A DNA stretch of 64,000 nt, taken from positions 92,690,001 to 92,754,000 of the forward strand of contig OX597822.1 of the NCBI GenBank assembly GCA_951406725.2, in the 5' to 3' direction. Made by a program: the position numbers and the translations under genes. Position 1 is the first letter of the stretch, and every line of letters starts with the position of its first letter. This stretch comes from Octopus vulgaris. Taxonomy: Eukaryota. Below the pieces are notes generated by a model that saw only the letters and a list, made by a program, of their open reading frames with translations, was not told the DNA's origin and searched no databases. This document shows positions 40,396 to 54,144 of this stretch, piece after piece.

Positions 40396-40564
40396 CAGGG
40401 CCGACTCAAGGTTCTGGCAACTCGGGCAGTCACCCAGGGCACCATGTGTGCTAGGGGTTGCCAAGGAAGGCATGACAAAGGCAAAGAAAATTTCCATGAC
40501 CGTCAACTTGTAGACACCAAAGTTCAGCATGTCTGGGGTGCCAGCAACATTAGGGCCGGCCCTG
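40396..40564. mobile_element. hAT-type MITE
   Basis: TIR CAGGGCCG/CGGCCCTG with imperfect 8-bp TSD CTTGAAGG/CCTGAAGT. Confidence 0.6.
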
Positions 40565-41841
40565 CCTGAAGTTCAGTAGTTATCTGGATACAGGATTTGT
40601 ATGGAGTTAGTTTCTCTTAGATGAACAGCTTAAGAACTGAAGGGCCTCATCTTTCCTGGTTTTATTAGGGTTACTGTGAGTGCATAGGCAATTCCATGAC
40701 ATGCTGATTAACCCACAGCTGTGGCCTAACATACAGCCTGGTTTAATACTACCACCAGGTCCTTAGAGTTCATTCACTCTTGTAGGCATTTCGGCTAGAA
40801 TCAAGCCACAAGTGAACCCACATTGACTTAGACATATATATGGGTGGAACATCAACCAAACCTATTTGACCAATTTGTAAGGTTTATAAATGCCGAGTGG
40901 ATTTGAGGGAAGCCCACATGTGATGGTAATTATGAGCAACAGGCCACTCCATCTTAAACCATTCACATGCTGACACTGAGTAGATATTTCACTTGGATTA
41001 GGAAGGTGGTGCTCCAGCATGGTCTTGGCTGTAATAGTGAAAACAAAGTAAAAGACAAGATGTATTGATTATAATACTGACCTTGTTTTGTCCTAACAAT
41101 AGAGTTTTTAGGTATGTGTGTGGGTGTGTGCACACACACATGTATATACAGGCGTATACATGTACACTCACACATACACAACGTACATATAGATGTATGC
41201 ATATACATGTATGTGCATGCACACATATACATGTATGTATATACACACAATCTTCATGTACATACATGGAGACACAAAATCTGTACATACACATACATGC
41301 TCATATCTACAAATACACATCTACTCAGTAACAATGGCACACACACACACACACACACTCTCTCTCTCTCTCTCTCTCTCTCTTTTTCTCTTTCTCTCTC
41401 TATTTCTCTCACTCCCACATACACCCTTCATGCTTCAACACACAAATTTTGAACATACAAATATTTGCTATTTTTATAGCTTCCCAGTGGTGCGAGTCTG
41501 TTATTGCACGCATTTGTGTGTGTGTGTAGGGGTGATAGTGAAGAAACCTCATAGTGGGAACCTGTTAATATTTTTTTTATAGCTGTCAGTGTTTACATGA
41601 TTGTATGTATGTATATATCTGTGTATGTGTGTGTGTGTGTATGTTGTAGTTGTGGTGTAAACTAATTGGCTATTTTTTTTAATAGTTGCCAGTATATGCA
41701 CACACTAGTGTGTGTGTGTGTGTTAATATATGTGTATATTGTTGTATATAGTATGTTTATGTGTAAAAATAGTGATAGTAGTCATGGTGTGAACTGATAA
41801 CTTGTTTTATTTATAGCTACTAGTCTCTAACTTAGTATTTG

Positions 41842-42196
<355 letters not shown>

Positions 42197-42296
42197 NNNN
42201 NNNNNNNNNNNNNNNNNNNNNNNNNNNNNNNNNNNNNNNNNNNNNNNNNNNNNNNNNNNNNNNNNNNNNNNNNNNNNNNNNNNNNNNNNNNNNNNN
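42197..42296. other. Assembly gap (100 N)
   Basis: Run of N. Confidence 1.
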
Positions 42297-42399
42297 ATTG
42301 GTAAAAATGGTAAGATAAAAGAAAGAAAGAGAACTCAATATTATGTAAATAGAGGAAATTTATCTGTAAAATAATATGTGACAATTATTCAATAGCCAA

Positions 42400-42460
42400 G
42401 ATAAAACTCTGAGTTTCGGATGCCGAGGTGGAAATCCACAACACCATCTCTTCGGTTATC
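42400..42460 (-). ncRNA. Second copy of the 36107-36167 hammerhead family (core CCGAAGA)
   Basis: 42361-42460 is near-identical to 36068-36167. Stems I-III are preserved; core has U4C. Confidence 0.55.
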
Positions 42461-43223
42461 AGTGGACGGTGGCCATGCTGGGGCACCACCTTCAGTTTAA
42501 TTGAACAAATCAACCTCAATACTTACACTATTGGTTTCTTCTGTCTAACCTGCTAATTTAGAGGGACATAAATGAACCAATACTTGCTGTCAAGCAGTGG
42601 AAAGGAGACGGAGACAAATATAGACACAATGACACACACACATGCTTATTTATATATATCAGTGGGTGTGTGGTAAGAAGCTTGCTTCCCAACCAACATG
42701 GTTTGGGGTTCAGTCAGTCCCACTACGTGGCACCTTGGGCAAGAGTCTTCTATAGTCTCAGGCCAACCAAAGCCTTGTGAGTGGATTTGGTAGGCGGAAA
42801 CTGAAAGAAGCCCATCATATATATATATAGGCACAGGAGTGGTTGTGTGGTAAGTAGCTTGCTTACCAACCACATGGTTCCGCGTTCAGTCCCACTGCAT
42901 GGCACCTTGGACAAGTGTCTTGTACTATAGCCTCAGGCCGACCAAGGCCTTGTGAGTGAATTTGGTAGACGGAAACTCAAAGAAGCCCGTCGTATATATG
43001 TATGTATATATATGTGCGTGTGTGTTTGTATGTGTGTTTGTCCCCCTAGTATTGCTTGACAACCGATGCTGGTGTGTTTATGTTCCCGTCACTTAGCGGT
43101 TTGGCAAAAGAGGCCGATAGAATAAGTACTGGGCTTACAAAGAATAAGTCCTGGGGTCGAGTTGCTCGATTAAAGGTGGTGCTCCAGCATGGCCGCAGTC
43201 AAATGACTGAAACAAGTAAAAGA

Positions 43224-43289
<66 letters not shown>

Positions 43290-43914
43290 CGGGTAGGCCA
43301 GTTTATGGGGTTATCCTGGCTTTCTCACTCATAAGGGGTTTAGCCTTATGGCATATCTTCAGACCACAAACATTAAAATATAGAGGGGTAAAGCTTTATT
43401 TTTAGGGGTAAACTCTAGGTGATTATCTCCCTTTGCCATTGTCCATCAGCCTTTGGCCGCGCCACACTGCCATCATGCGATAACCAAAGCACCATGAAGG
43501 TAAACGATTTCCTCCTTTCAGCCATGGTTATTGGTTTCCGGCTGCCATGAGGATTCCAAAAGGCCAGCAGGAATTTTCTAAAATCTCTATGTATATATGT
43601 ATGTACGCACGCATGCATGTATTTGTTGCCCCACCATTGCTTGACAACCGATGTTGGTGTGTTTACGTCCCTATAACTTAGTGATTCGGCAGAAGAGACC
43701 GATAGAATAAGTACTAGGTTTACAAAGAATAAGTCCTGGGGTTGATTTGTTTGACTAAATGTGGTGCTCCAGCATGGCCACAGTCAAATGACTGAAACAA
43801 ATAAAAGAACACATGCACACACACACATACATCTTTTACCTGTTTCAGTCATTGGACTGTGGTCATGCTGGAGTACTGCCACAAAGGCTTTTGTTGAATG
43901 AACCTACCCCAGTA

Positions 43915-44278
43915 TTTCGGTTTGTTTGGGTGGATGGAGTGAGGAAAGCTTTGGTGGTTAGAGGTGTTGGAGCAAGAGAGTTTATAAATAATAGGAAAGC
44001 TTGGAGAGTGTGTGTGGATGGATGAGTGAATCTTGATGTTGCTCAAAGGAGTATGGAACCAGCATGATGTGACGTGGGGGTGGAGGCAAACCAGCATATA
44101 TATGCTGTTGGGGGCTCTCCAGCTGCTGCTGTTGGGGGTTGCATTCTATGCCTTGACCCGAGCATAGAACGGGGGTTCACCCCTTTGAGCTGGTAAATGA
44201 ATGGAATGCTTTGTGTGTGTCTTGTTGTGACTACCCCCTCCTAAAAAAATGGGGAATACGCCTGGGTATGTAAAAAAA
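43915..44278 (+). mobile_element. RTE-like LINE 3' end and UTR fragment
   Basis: WVDGVRKAL...NRKAWRVCVDG* resembles RTE ORF termini. Confidence 0.45.
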
Positions 44279-44376
44279 CATGTGTGTGTTGATGTTAACT
44301 AGGATATTGTATGTTAAATTGTAGTATATACAGTATATATTTATGCTTTTGTAATTGGCCAGTAGGGTGTATATAT

Positions 44377-44419
<43 letters not shown>

Positions 44420-45440
44420 TTCAGATGAATATGGTACCTAAGTTGAGGCACCAGAATTCAGTACAGTATTATCTATTCAATTTCAAAATAAGGTGATTAA
44501 AATATTGCTTATTTTGAGATATATATATATATATATATATATCTTTCAGGGTGTGGTTATATACGCACCATTATGTGTGTGTGTGTATATATATATATAT
44601 ATGTATATATGTACTGGCTAGTCTATTTTTGTCTGTAGATGTGATAACATGTAATATGAGACTACAAGCCCATAATGAAATTAAGGAACACAACCAGCAC
44701 AAACTTCTGCTGGCTTTTTGTAAATATATTTTATCTCTGTGTCTATGTACACAAATACACATGCGTGCTTGTGTGTGCGTGTATACACCCGTATGTTATA
44801 CTCACAGAGCAGCCAAAGCCTTGTGAGTGGATTTAATAGAGGGGAACTGAAAGAATCCCATTGTATGAAATAGGCCTGGTGTAAAGTGGGCATGTCATTG
44901 ATAAGGTCATGAATGGTGATGAAAGGACTTTGAGAAACGTAGCTGATTGATTGGTCAAACAATTAAAATCAAGCATTCTATTAGTTAATTGGTGAAATAT
45001 TAACCAATTGATCGATAATCCTTTCTCCTATAGGCACAAGGCCTGAAATTTTTGGGGAAGGGGCTAGTTGATTACATTGACCTCAGTGCATAACTGGTAC
45101 TTAATTTATCGACTTCAAAAGGATGGAAGACAGAGTTGACCCTGGTGGCATTTGAACTCAGAATGTGAAGACAGACGAGATACCACTAAGCATTTCACTT
45201 GGCGTGCTAATGACTCTGCCAGCTCACCACCTCAGCAATTGATTAACAACAACAAAAATAATAATAATAATAATAATCCTTTCTGCTATAGGCACAAGGC
45301 CTGACTAGCACCTTCCCACCACGGGGCTCACTAAGCCCAAAAAGATCAAAGGCAAAATTGACCTTGGTGGAATTTGAACTCAGAATGTAAAGATAAAAAT
45401 GAACCTCCTAGGTATACAATGTGTGTGTCTGTATGTATGT

Positions 45441-46745
45441 CATCATTATTATTATTATTATTTAAAGTCTGTTGTCCATGCTGGTATGGGTTGGATGGTT
45501 TGACCAGGGCTGGTAAGCTGGAAGGTTGCACGAGACTCCAGTCTGGTCTGGCATGGTTTTCTATGGCTGGATGCCCTTCCTAATGCCAACCATTCTCAGA
45601 GTGTAATAGGTGCTTTTACGTGTCATCTGCACAGGTGCCATTTGTGTGACACTGGTATCTGCCGCGACTGCAATTTTGCTTGGCTTGATGGGTCTTCTCA
45701 AGCACAACATAATACCAAAGGTCTCAGTCATTGCCTCTGTGAGGTCCAATGCTTGAAGGGAACTCAGCCACTTTTGCTTCCATGAGGCCCAGCTCTTGAA
45801 AGGAACTCAGTCACTTAGTACCCCTGAGGCTCCAATTGTGCTCTTTATGTGCCACTGACATGGGTGCCTGTAACATGACACCATCAGCCATGACTATGAT
45901 TTCACTTGGCTTGACAGGTCTTCTCAAGCATGGCATATCGCCGAAGGTCTTGGTCACTAGTCATTACCTATGTGAGGCTAGAAGTTTGAAGATCATACTT
46001 CACCACTTTGTCCCATGTCTTCCTGGGTCTACCTCTACTGCAGGTTTCCTCCACAGTTAGAGATCTGCACTTCTTTACACAGCTGTTGTTGTCTATATGC
46101 ATCACATGACCATACCAGTGCAGTTGTCTCTCTGCACACCACATCTGATTCCTCTTTTGCCTAACTTTTCTCTCAAGATACTTACACTCTGTCGAACATG
46201 CACACTGACATTAGACATCCAGCAAAGCATACTGGCTTCATTTCTTTCAAGCCTACACATCTCCTTGGCTTTTGGCCCATATTTCACTGTCATGCAGCAT
46301 AGCTGTTCGCACACAGGCATCATACAATTTGCCTTTCACTCCAAGAGAGAGGCCCTTTGTTGCTAGCAGAGGTAGAAGCTCTCTGAACCTTGCCCAGCCT
46401 ATTCTTATTCTAGCAGCTATGTTCTCAGAGCTTCTACCTCCACTGCTGACTTGGTCACCTACATAATGGAAGCTATCTACTATCTCTAGCTTGTTCCCCT
46501 GGCAGTTGATGGAGCCTATTTTCTGCACATTTTCAGCATTTATTGTAGCTGTGCATCTTCCATATACAACAACTATTTTCCCTGTTAACCTTTCTCTGAT
46601 ATTGCTGCACCTTTTATGTGTCCAAAGCTTTCACTGGTTGCATCTTATGGAGTTTCTACCTATGCCTTTTCTACAGATCGAGCAGGGCCATCTACGTGAA
46701 GGGATTTGTGATTTGTCTGCCTTCCTACTTACTAAGGCTTTGATT
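45441..46745 (-). mobile_element. Second truncated copy of the same RTE LINE
   Basis: KALVSRKADKSQIPSRRWPCSICRKGIGRNSIRC...VDSFHYVGDQVS...[17 protein letters not shown]; same 3' UTR. Confidence 0.9.
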
Positions 46746-46747
46746 TT

Positions 46748-46793
<46 letters not shown>

Positions 46794-46824
46794 CACACAC
46801 ACAAACATAAAAATGTGTATATAT

Positions 46825-46878
<54 letters not shown>

Positions 46879-48207
46879 AACATAAAAATGTGTATATATA
46901 ACATATATATATATATATACACATACATACATACAAACTAGCATGCACACATATGATTTTCCTAGTGATGGCAACTACCACAAGTGAGATAGTCATCTCC
47001 TCACAACATGATGTTGGTTTATTTTTTTTTACTTGTTTTAGTCATTTGACTGCGGCCATGCTGGAGCACCACCTTTAGTCGAGATAATCGACATCGGGAC
47101 TTATTCTTTGTAAGCTTAGTATTTATTCTATCAGTTCCTTTTGCCAAACCACTAAGTTACAGGGACGCAAACATGTAAACACACCAGCATCAGTTGTCAA
47201 AAGATGTTGGGAGGACAAACACACACACACACATACATAACGGGCTTCTTTCAGTTTCCATCTACCAAATCTACTCACAAGGCTTTGGTCGGCCTGAAGC
47301 TATAGTAGAAAGACACTTGGTTAGTAAGCAAGCTTCTTACCACACAGCCATACCTGTGCCTATATATATATATAATCCTTTCTAGTATAAGCACAAGGCC
47401 TGGAATTTGTAGGGAGAGGGATAGTCGATTACATTGATTGCAGTACTTCATGGGTACTAAATTTATTGAGCCCGAATGGATGATCGGTAAGTTGACCCTG
47501 GCGGAATCTGAACTCAGAACTTAAAGGCAGATAAAATGCCACTAAGCATTTTGCCAACTTAGCAGTTTGACAAAAGAGACAGATTTGATAAGTATGAGGC
47601 TTAAAAAAATAAAAAAAATTAAGCCTCTGGTGCGAGATCGTTTGATTGAATCCATGAAGGCAGTGGCCCCAGCATGGCCACAGTCCAATGACTGAAATAA
47701 ATAAAAGATAAAAATAAAAAAATAAAAAAGTTGTTACATTTTAATTTAAAAAAAAAAGCAAACAAAATTTATAACTTTCAGAGAAGTGATTGAATGGAGT
47801 AAAAACTCCAAACAAAACAAAAATCCAAAAGCAAATCAGATCCGTTTTTTTTTCCTTATCAGAAGCTGCACTAATGACCATTATAACAAATCTTCTATAG
47901 TTTATGCATAAAACACAAGCTCTGTTAATTAACACATCACAGTGAAGGTGTTGGTGCTCAACATCCAAATAATACAGAGGAGGTTATGTTTCATTCAAAT
48001 AAATTAGCTTCTTTTATCTTTTACTTGGTTCACTCATTGGATTGCGGCCATGTTGGGACACTGTCTCGAGGGATTTTAGTTGAACAAATTGACATCAGTG
48101 CCTTATTCAGTTTTTTTTTTTGTTAAAGCCTGGTACTTATACCATTGGTCTCTGTTGCTGAACTAGGTTGGGGTCATAAACAAACCAACACCAATTGTCA
48201 AGTAATA

Positions 48208-48253
48208 GGTGTGTGTGTGTGTGGGTAAATATATATATATATATATAATGTAC

Positions 48254-48339
<86 letters not shown>

Positions 48340-48596
48340 ATATATGTGTGTGTGTGTGTGTGTATATATGTGTGTATGTGTGTGTATATATATGTGTGTA
48401 TGTGTGTGTATATATATGTGTGTGTGTGTGTATATATATATGTGTGTGTGTGTATATATAGATATATATATATATATGTATATATATATATGTGTGTATG
48501 TATATATATGTGTGTGTGTGTGTGTGTATGTATATATATATGTGTGTGTGTGTGTGTATGTATATATATATGTGTGTGTGTGTATGTATATATATA

Positions 48597-48679
<83 letters not shown>

Positions 48680-48682
48680 ATG

Positions 48683-48713
<31 letters not shown>

Positions 48714-48725
48714 GTGCATACATAT
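48208..48725. repeat. Compound (TA)n/(TG)n microsatellite expanded inside a SINE
   Basis: Directly visible. Similar arrays at 31458-31925, 25675-25985, 41112-41400 and 41843-41961. Confidence 0.95.
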
Positions 48726-48961
48726 ACATGACAGACTTCCACATATTTCTGTGTATCAAATTCAGTCGTAAGGTATTGGTCAGACTGAGTTATAGTAGGA
48801 GAGACATGCCTAAGGCGCCACACAGTGGGACTGAACCTAATACCATGTGGTTGCAATATGAGCTTTTTAACCACACAGCCATGTCTGCTTGTTCTTTTGC
48901 CTTTCAGAAAATTATAACAAAAAAAAAAAGAAGGAAAAAGGTGTTGGCCTCTTGTATATTA

Positions 48962-49125
48962 CCATATTTTAACGTGTATAAGGAATCCTTTATTATCAAA
49001 AATTAGGTTAAAAAAATATGGGAGTTTCTTATGCATGGATAGTATCATAATCCCTTACAAAACCTTTTCTCCAAAATTTAAGCCCCACCCAAATTAAGGG
49101 GTTACTTATACACGTTAAGATATGG
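48962..49125. mobile_element. Tc1/pogo-type MITE
   Basis: TA|CCATATTTTAACGTGTATAAG...CTTATACACGTTAAGATATGG|TA. Confidence 0.7.
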
Positions 49126-49128
49126 TAA

Positions 49129-49546
49129 TTTTAAATGTAACAAAGAATTTAGTAAAATAACCTTGTTGTTATCAAGCTGTTATGTTAGGAACATAAATTA
49201 TGACTAAGGTTTGGTGGAAGATTTTAATTTAAAACTTATGAAAACAAGACATTTGTACTACAGAGCCAGAGGCAGTTTCAGCTGGGTTGGTATTGAAAGG
49301 GTTAAATTAATAATTTGTTAACCCTTTTGTAACCATGTTTCTGTTGAGATACTCTGTGTTTCTTTCAATTTATTTAAAATATAACAAAGAATTTAGTAAA
49401 ATGACTTAGTTATCATTAAGCTAGTGTTAGGAACATAAATTGTGACTAAGGTTTGGTGGAAGATTTTAATTCAAAACTTAGGAAAACAAGACATTTGTAC
49501 TACAGAGCCAAAAGTGGTTTCAGGCAGATGGCTATGAAAGGGTTAA
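49129..49546. mobile_element. Inverted tandem pair of the same piggyBac-type MITE
   Basis: Reverse complement of the 10633-12759 units, including the spacer (TTAA-ATTAATAATTTG-TTAA). Confidence 0.7.
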
Positions 49547-49761
49547 ATGACGATGATGATGATGATCTTGTGCTGCAGATGAGTGTGAATGCCATTAATT
49601 CTGTACAAATTAATGATTGTATAGTGACTATATTTGTTTTAACTTTAGTGTTTCCATGTTCAAGTTTGTTAGGTGAACACACATTGTTGAGATGTTTTAC
49701 AGCCAATTGTCTTTAATTTAATGAGTTTCCCTTCATTGTGTTTTCTGGTTTTTTTTTTCAG

Positions 49762-50010
49762 CTCGCAGCTTTTCAGAAGAAGAAAATAAAGAAAAAGAAG
49801 AAGAACGAGGTGAATAGCGAAGGTGTTAGTGGTGTAGAGGAAGAATGTTTGAAAGAAAGTCCGAATGTGAGCCACAGTGAGGAGCAGCTCTTAGCAGCTG
49901 CTCCCACTACCTCCGTCCATACAGATGAAGATGTACTGCCAACAGACAGTTCTGTGCTTCCATCTCCAGTCTTTGACACATCAACAACAACAACATTGGG
50001 TCTCTCTCAG
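49762..50010 (+). CDS. Internal coding exon (83 codons, phase 0-0) of a large coiled-coil protein, AKAP9/pericentrin-like N-terminal region
   Basis: Poly-T acceptor ttttttttcag| and donor cag|gtaagg. Open frame LAAFQKKKIKKKKKNEVNSEG...TLGLSQ. The start LAAFQKKK resembles the LAQFRQRK segment following ...LEAGKAK in AKAP9/pericentrin. Family call is from recalled motif only; a golgin-type protein is not excluded. Confidence 0.8.
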
Positions 50011-50330
50011 GTAAGGAATTTAGTAGTATTGTTCTGCTGCAGAATTGTTTGCATGTTGGGCAAATGCTTAGCAGCATTTCCTCCATCCGTCATGTTCTGA
50101 GCTCAAATTCCGCTGAGGTCAACTTTGCCCTTCATCCTTTTGGGGGTCAATAAAATGAATATTCATTGAATACTCAGGTCAATGTAATTGACTTACCCCT
50201 CCCTCAAAATTGCTGGCTTTGTGCCAAAATTTGAAACCAATGTTATTCTACTCATTATGCTTCCCATTTGTGCTTTAATCCTTTAGAAATCAGATTACAC
50301 TGTCAATTGTAATGCTTATTTATTCATATT

Positions 50331-50627
50331 AAAATTCGTTAGATTCACTTCAACAATTAAATTTAATTTGCCAAAATATTTTCATCACTTTGAGACCGCG
50401 GCCTGTTCACTGACAAAATTCCGTGCTGCATCTCGGAATTTTGTCAGTGAACAGGTCGTGGTCTCAAAGCGACGAAAATATTTTGACAAATTAAATTTAA
50501 ATGTCGAAGTGAATCTAACGGTTTTTGCGTATTTTTAAATGGCATATAAACACCTTCCATGCTGAAGTTGTTTTTTGTTTCAGCACATGTTCTCAGATCA
50601 GGTCACTTGCTATGCAAGTACATCGTA
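50331..50627. mobile_element. Penelope-like inverted insertion with 13-bp TSD, nested in a piggyBac-type MITE inside an intron
   Basis: Inverted arms ~50331-50423 and 50434-50525. ATTTATTCATATT duplicated at 50318-50330 and 50628-50640. Related copy at 32238-32460. Confidence 0.75.
50440..50490 (+). ncRNA. Minimal type I hammerhead variant with swapped G3-C8 core (GUGAACA)
   Basis: UUUGUCA-GUGAACA-G-GUCGU(ggucucaaa)GCGAC-GAA-AAUAUU-U-UGACAAA: 7-bp stem I, 5-bp stem II, palindromic stem III. Confidence 0.7.
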
Positions 50628-51299
50628 ATTTATTCATATTGTTTTTAATTAATTATGTGTTATCTTGTAGCTTTGAGATTTTGATGATGTCATTGCTTAT
50701 TTTTAGAATGACGTAGGGTATATGTGAAAGGCCACCAGATCTGGCCTCATTATCATCATCATCATCATCATTATTCAACATCTGTTTGCCATGCTGGAAT
50801 GGGTTGGACAGTTTGACAGGAGGTGGCAAGGCTGGAGGGCTGCACCAAGCACCAACTATCTATTTTGGCATAGTTTCTACAGCTGAATGTCCTTCCTAAT
50901 ACCAAACACTTTATAGAGTGTACTGGGTGCTTGTTACATGGCACCAGCACCAGTGATTTTTATGTGGTGCCAACATGAGTACTTTTTATGTGGCACCAGC
51001 AGGGGTGCTTTTTATGTGGTACCAACACGAGCCTGTTTGAACATACAGCAGGCAGAATATTTTGGTCAGATATGGCCAGTTTAGATGATGATGATGATGG
51101 GTGTGTGTGTGTTTAATCCTTAGTTGCTGAACCCTAACTTCTTTTGAACCTGTCACTTTCTGGAATATGTATGTATGTGTTTATATGCAGCTTGTCTGGA
51201 CATCACCTGATGGTTGTAAACAATGATCAGCATTAGACAGGCAAAGTTGTTTGTTTACCATCTTCCACAAAAAGCTTGTCGAGCTATGAGAAAATATTG

Positions 51300-52261
51300 T
51301 ATTGAGTCAAAACTTTGAAATATTTGGTAACTTATTTGCTTTATGTGCCAAGTTACAACAGAAACAGCCTAGCATTGAAAGTAGAGGCCATTGTGTTGCA
51401 CCATTTGAAGCTGCCTCTCTACTAGTTCTTTGATCTTACATTGCCACCAGTTCTTTTCTTTCAAGACGAGGAACTCCTTCACTGAAGCATTCACTTCCTC
51501 TTGGTTGGTGAAGCACTGCAAGTACAGGATTTGAGCCATAAATAATCCGAAGGAGATATTTTTCTGCAATTTTAATGTCCATAACCCGTCACCAAACATG
51601 AGTGTTTCAAACATAAGGGGATGCTCTACTTTGGTGAATTTATGAGGGGATAACCCACTACGAGTTTGTTAATAACCAACTTGTACTCTGAACAGCTGGA
51701 ATGGATGCATGGCATTGTGCAGCAAGAATACCTGGCATTGGTTAACAGAAAACAAGGTCTTCTGCAGCAAGACATTGTAAGACCTTATACTCTTCAAACA
51801 ACTCAAACAATTTGAGAAGAAATCAAAGAACAAAAAAAAAAAAAGGAGAAAGAAAAATGTGCTTGACACCAGAGCTGAAGAAACCTTCAAAAGATGGAAG
51901 ACCGCCATATTGAAAATGGTAGAGGAGTAGGGGCTTAAACCAGATGTGGTTCTTCCTGGTGATGTCCTTAGCTACTGGATCTTATAAAAGAGCTGTTGAG
52001 GTAGCGAACCACAAAACATGGTTGGAATTCCTTGTTCTGATCCATGCAATGCTTCATCAACCAAGAAGAGGTGGAAGCTTCGGAGTTCTTCATCTTGAAG
52101 GACAAGAACTAGTCTCTGCATGGGATCAAAGAACGGGCAGAAAGTTGGCTTTAGATGGTGGAACAGAGAGGTTTCTATTTTGACTGCTTGGCTGCTTTTG
52201 TCATAACTTGACGAATAAAGTAAATAAGTTAGCAAAATATGGTAAAACTTTTGGCTCAACA
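51300..52261 (-). mobile_element. Decayed mariner (Tc1/mariner) DNA transposon
   Basis: Imperfect ~40-bp TIRs (51300-51341 vs 52219-52261). Minus-strand remnants FLLHNAMHP (LLHDNARPH-like) and FTNQEEVNASVKEF...KELVER...HNGLYF (mariner C-terminus). Confidence 0.75.
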
Positions 52262-52527
52262 TGAAATCACCTAGTTTGGAAATTGAGAACAGGTGAAGAT
52301 TGGCAACAGGAAGGGCATCTGGCTAGTGAAAATCTGTCTCAGCAAATTCCATCTAACCCATGCCAGCATATGAAAGCAGACGTTAAATGATGATGGTGTA
52401 TGTTAATGAGAGAACTACATGATATCTTGTTGTTAGACATTTGCTTCCCCTTTTTCTTAAAAAAAAATTCCTTTATGTTTATCAAATACAACTTTACCAA
52501 CGTAATTTTTAAAATGTTTAATTGCAG

Positions 52528-52572
52528 AGTGATATTGCCAGTGCGAGTGGAGACCATGAATCTTCGTTAGAG
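52528..52572 (+). CDS. Small coding exon (15 codons, SDIASASGDHESSLE) of the same gene
   Basis: Acceptor tttaattgcag| and donor gag|gtgagt. 45 nt, phase 0-0, in frame with the neighbouring exons. Confidence 0.7.
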
Positions 52573-53269
52573 GTGAGTGTTTGTAGGTGATCAAATCACT
52601 TAATAATACATATTCATTTTAATGGAAACAAGGAGTATTTTCCTCACAAGGAACATATTTTTCTGTAAAGGAATATTTCTAACTAGGAGTATGTTCTCTG
52701 TAAAGTGGTTGGCATTACGAATGTCATCCAGTCGTAAAAACCATGCTGAAGCCGACAGTAGAGCTTGGTACAGTCCTCTGGCTTGCCAGCTCTTGTCAAA
52801 CTGTCCAACCCATGCCAGCATGGAAAACGTTGATAGATAAGCTGATTCACATGTCGTTCAGGTGTCTATTTTTAGATGGATAAGGCGTTTCCTTGTATAA
52901 AACCGGCTTTGTGTGTGTGTGTGTTGTATTTATTATTAACTCTGTGTACTTTTCTTAGAATACCTGTGTTTTTGTTTGTGTGTTTCTTTGTGTACGATAC
53001 TTCATGTGGGTGTTTCTGTGTCAATCATAGTTTAGAATGGATGTTTGTGTACATTTATTTGTATGCTTTTGTTTGTGTATAGATGTGTGTGTGTGTGTGT
53101 GTGTGTTCGTCTTTATCCCTGTTCCCGATAGGGTTTTTTTGGGCTGTTTGTGTGTATTTACTTGCATGCATGTATGTGGTGTGTGTATGTGTGTTTATAG
53201 TTTTGCATCAAGTTGGTGGTTATTGCTTTAAGTTTTATAACCAGATACCACCAACACTGCCACCACTTT

Positions 53270-53928
53270 GTTTCACATATGCGTTACTACTACTACTACT
53301 ACTACTGCTGCTAATACCACCACCTTCTAATAATGCTACTGCTGCTACTACTACTACCACCATTACTACTGCTGCTGCTACTACTACTACTACTACTACT
53401 ATTTCTACAACCACTACTATCACCATCACTACTACTACTATCACCACCATCACTACTTTTACAATTTCTACTACTGCTCTGCTACTACTACTATCATCAT
53501 CATCATTTAACATCCGTTTTCCATGCTGGCATGGGTTTACTAATATTACCACCACCACCACTATCACTACTACTACCACCACCACCACCACTACTACTAC
53601 TACTACCACTACCACCACCACCACCACTACTATCACCACCGCTACTACTACCACCACTACCACCACCACTATCACCATCACTACTACTACAACCATTACC
53701 ACTACCACTATCACCATCACTACTACTACTACTACTACCACCACCAGCACTACTATTACAACTTCTACTTTACTACTGCCACAGCCATCATCACAACTAC
53801 TAACTATTACTACTACTACTACTACTGCCACCACCACCACCACTGCCACCACCACCACCACCACCACCATCACTACTACTACTATATTTGCTTTACATGT
53901 TATAGTTACTACTACTACTACTACTAAT
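53270..53928. repeat. Compound (ACT)n/(ACC)n microsatellite
   Basis: Directly visible; generates spurious poly-T/V/L ORFs. Confidence 0.95.
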
Positions 53929-53949
53929 CTGAGCCCTTTTGTTTTTTAG

Positions 53950-54144
53950 GAGCCTGAACGCCAGCAGCTGTTTGAAACTGCTCAGCTGGAGTTGCGGGAG
54001 GCGAGCAGCAAAATCTGCAAACTGGAAGAATCTGTCATTGGCAAACAGAAGGCTGTCGAGAGACTGGTGGCTGAGATAAACTCTTTAAGGGCAGAAAATG
54101 AGATGCTGAAACAATCTTTAGGAAATGGTCCTTCACAAGATCTG
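53950..54144 (+). CDS. Coding exon (65 codons), coiled-coil segment EPERQQLFETAQLELREASSKICKLEESVIGKQKAVERLVAEINSLRAENEMLKQSLGNGPSQDL
   Basis: Acceptor ccctttt gttttttag| with upstream TACTAAT branch-like motif; donor ctg|gtaaaa. 195 nt, phase 0-0, heptad-like L/I/V spacing. Confidence 0.85.

Noticed and set aside
48137-49006. Long HTHT/YIYI/CVCV ORFs (also 31359-31973, 25611-25991, 40963-41582)
   Set aside because: Dinucleotide repeats lack stop codons; no coding signal.
53083-53949. 288-aa Thr-rich and 212-aa Val-rich ORFs (mucin-like appearance)
   Set aside because: Translation of an (ACT/ACC)n microsatellite with an embedded RTE-tail fragment; it ends exactly at a splice acceptor, so it is intronic.
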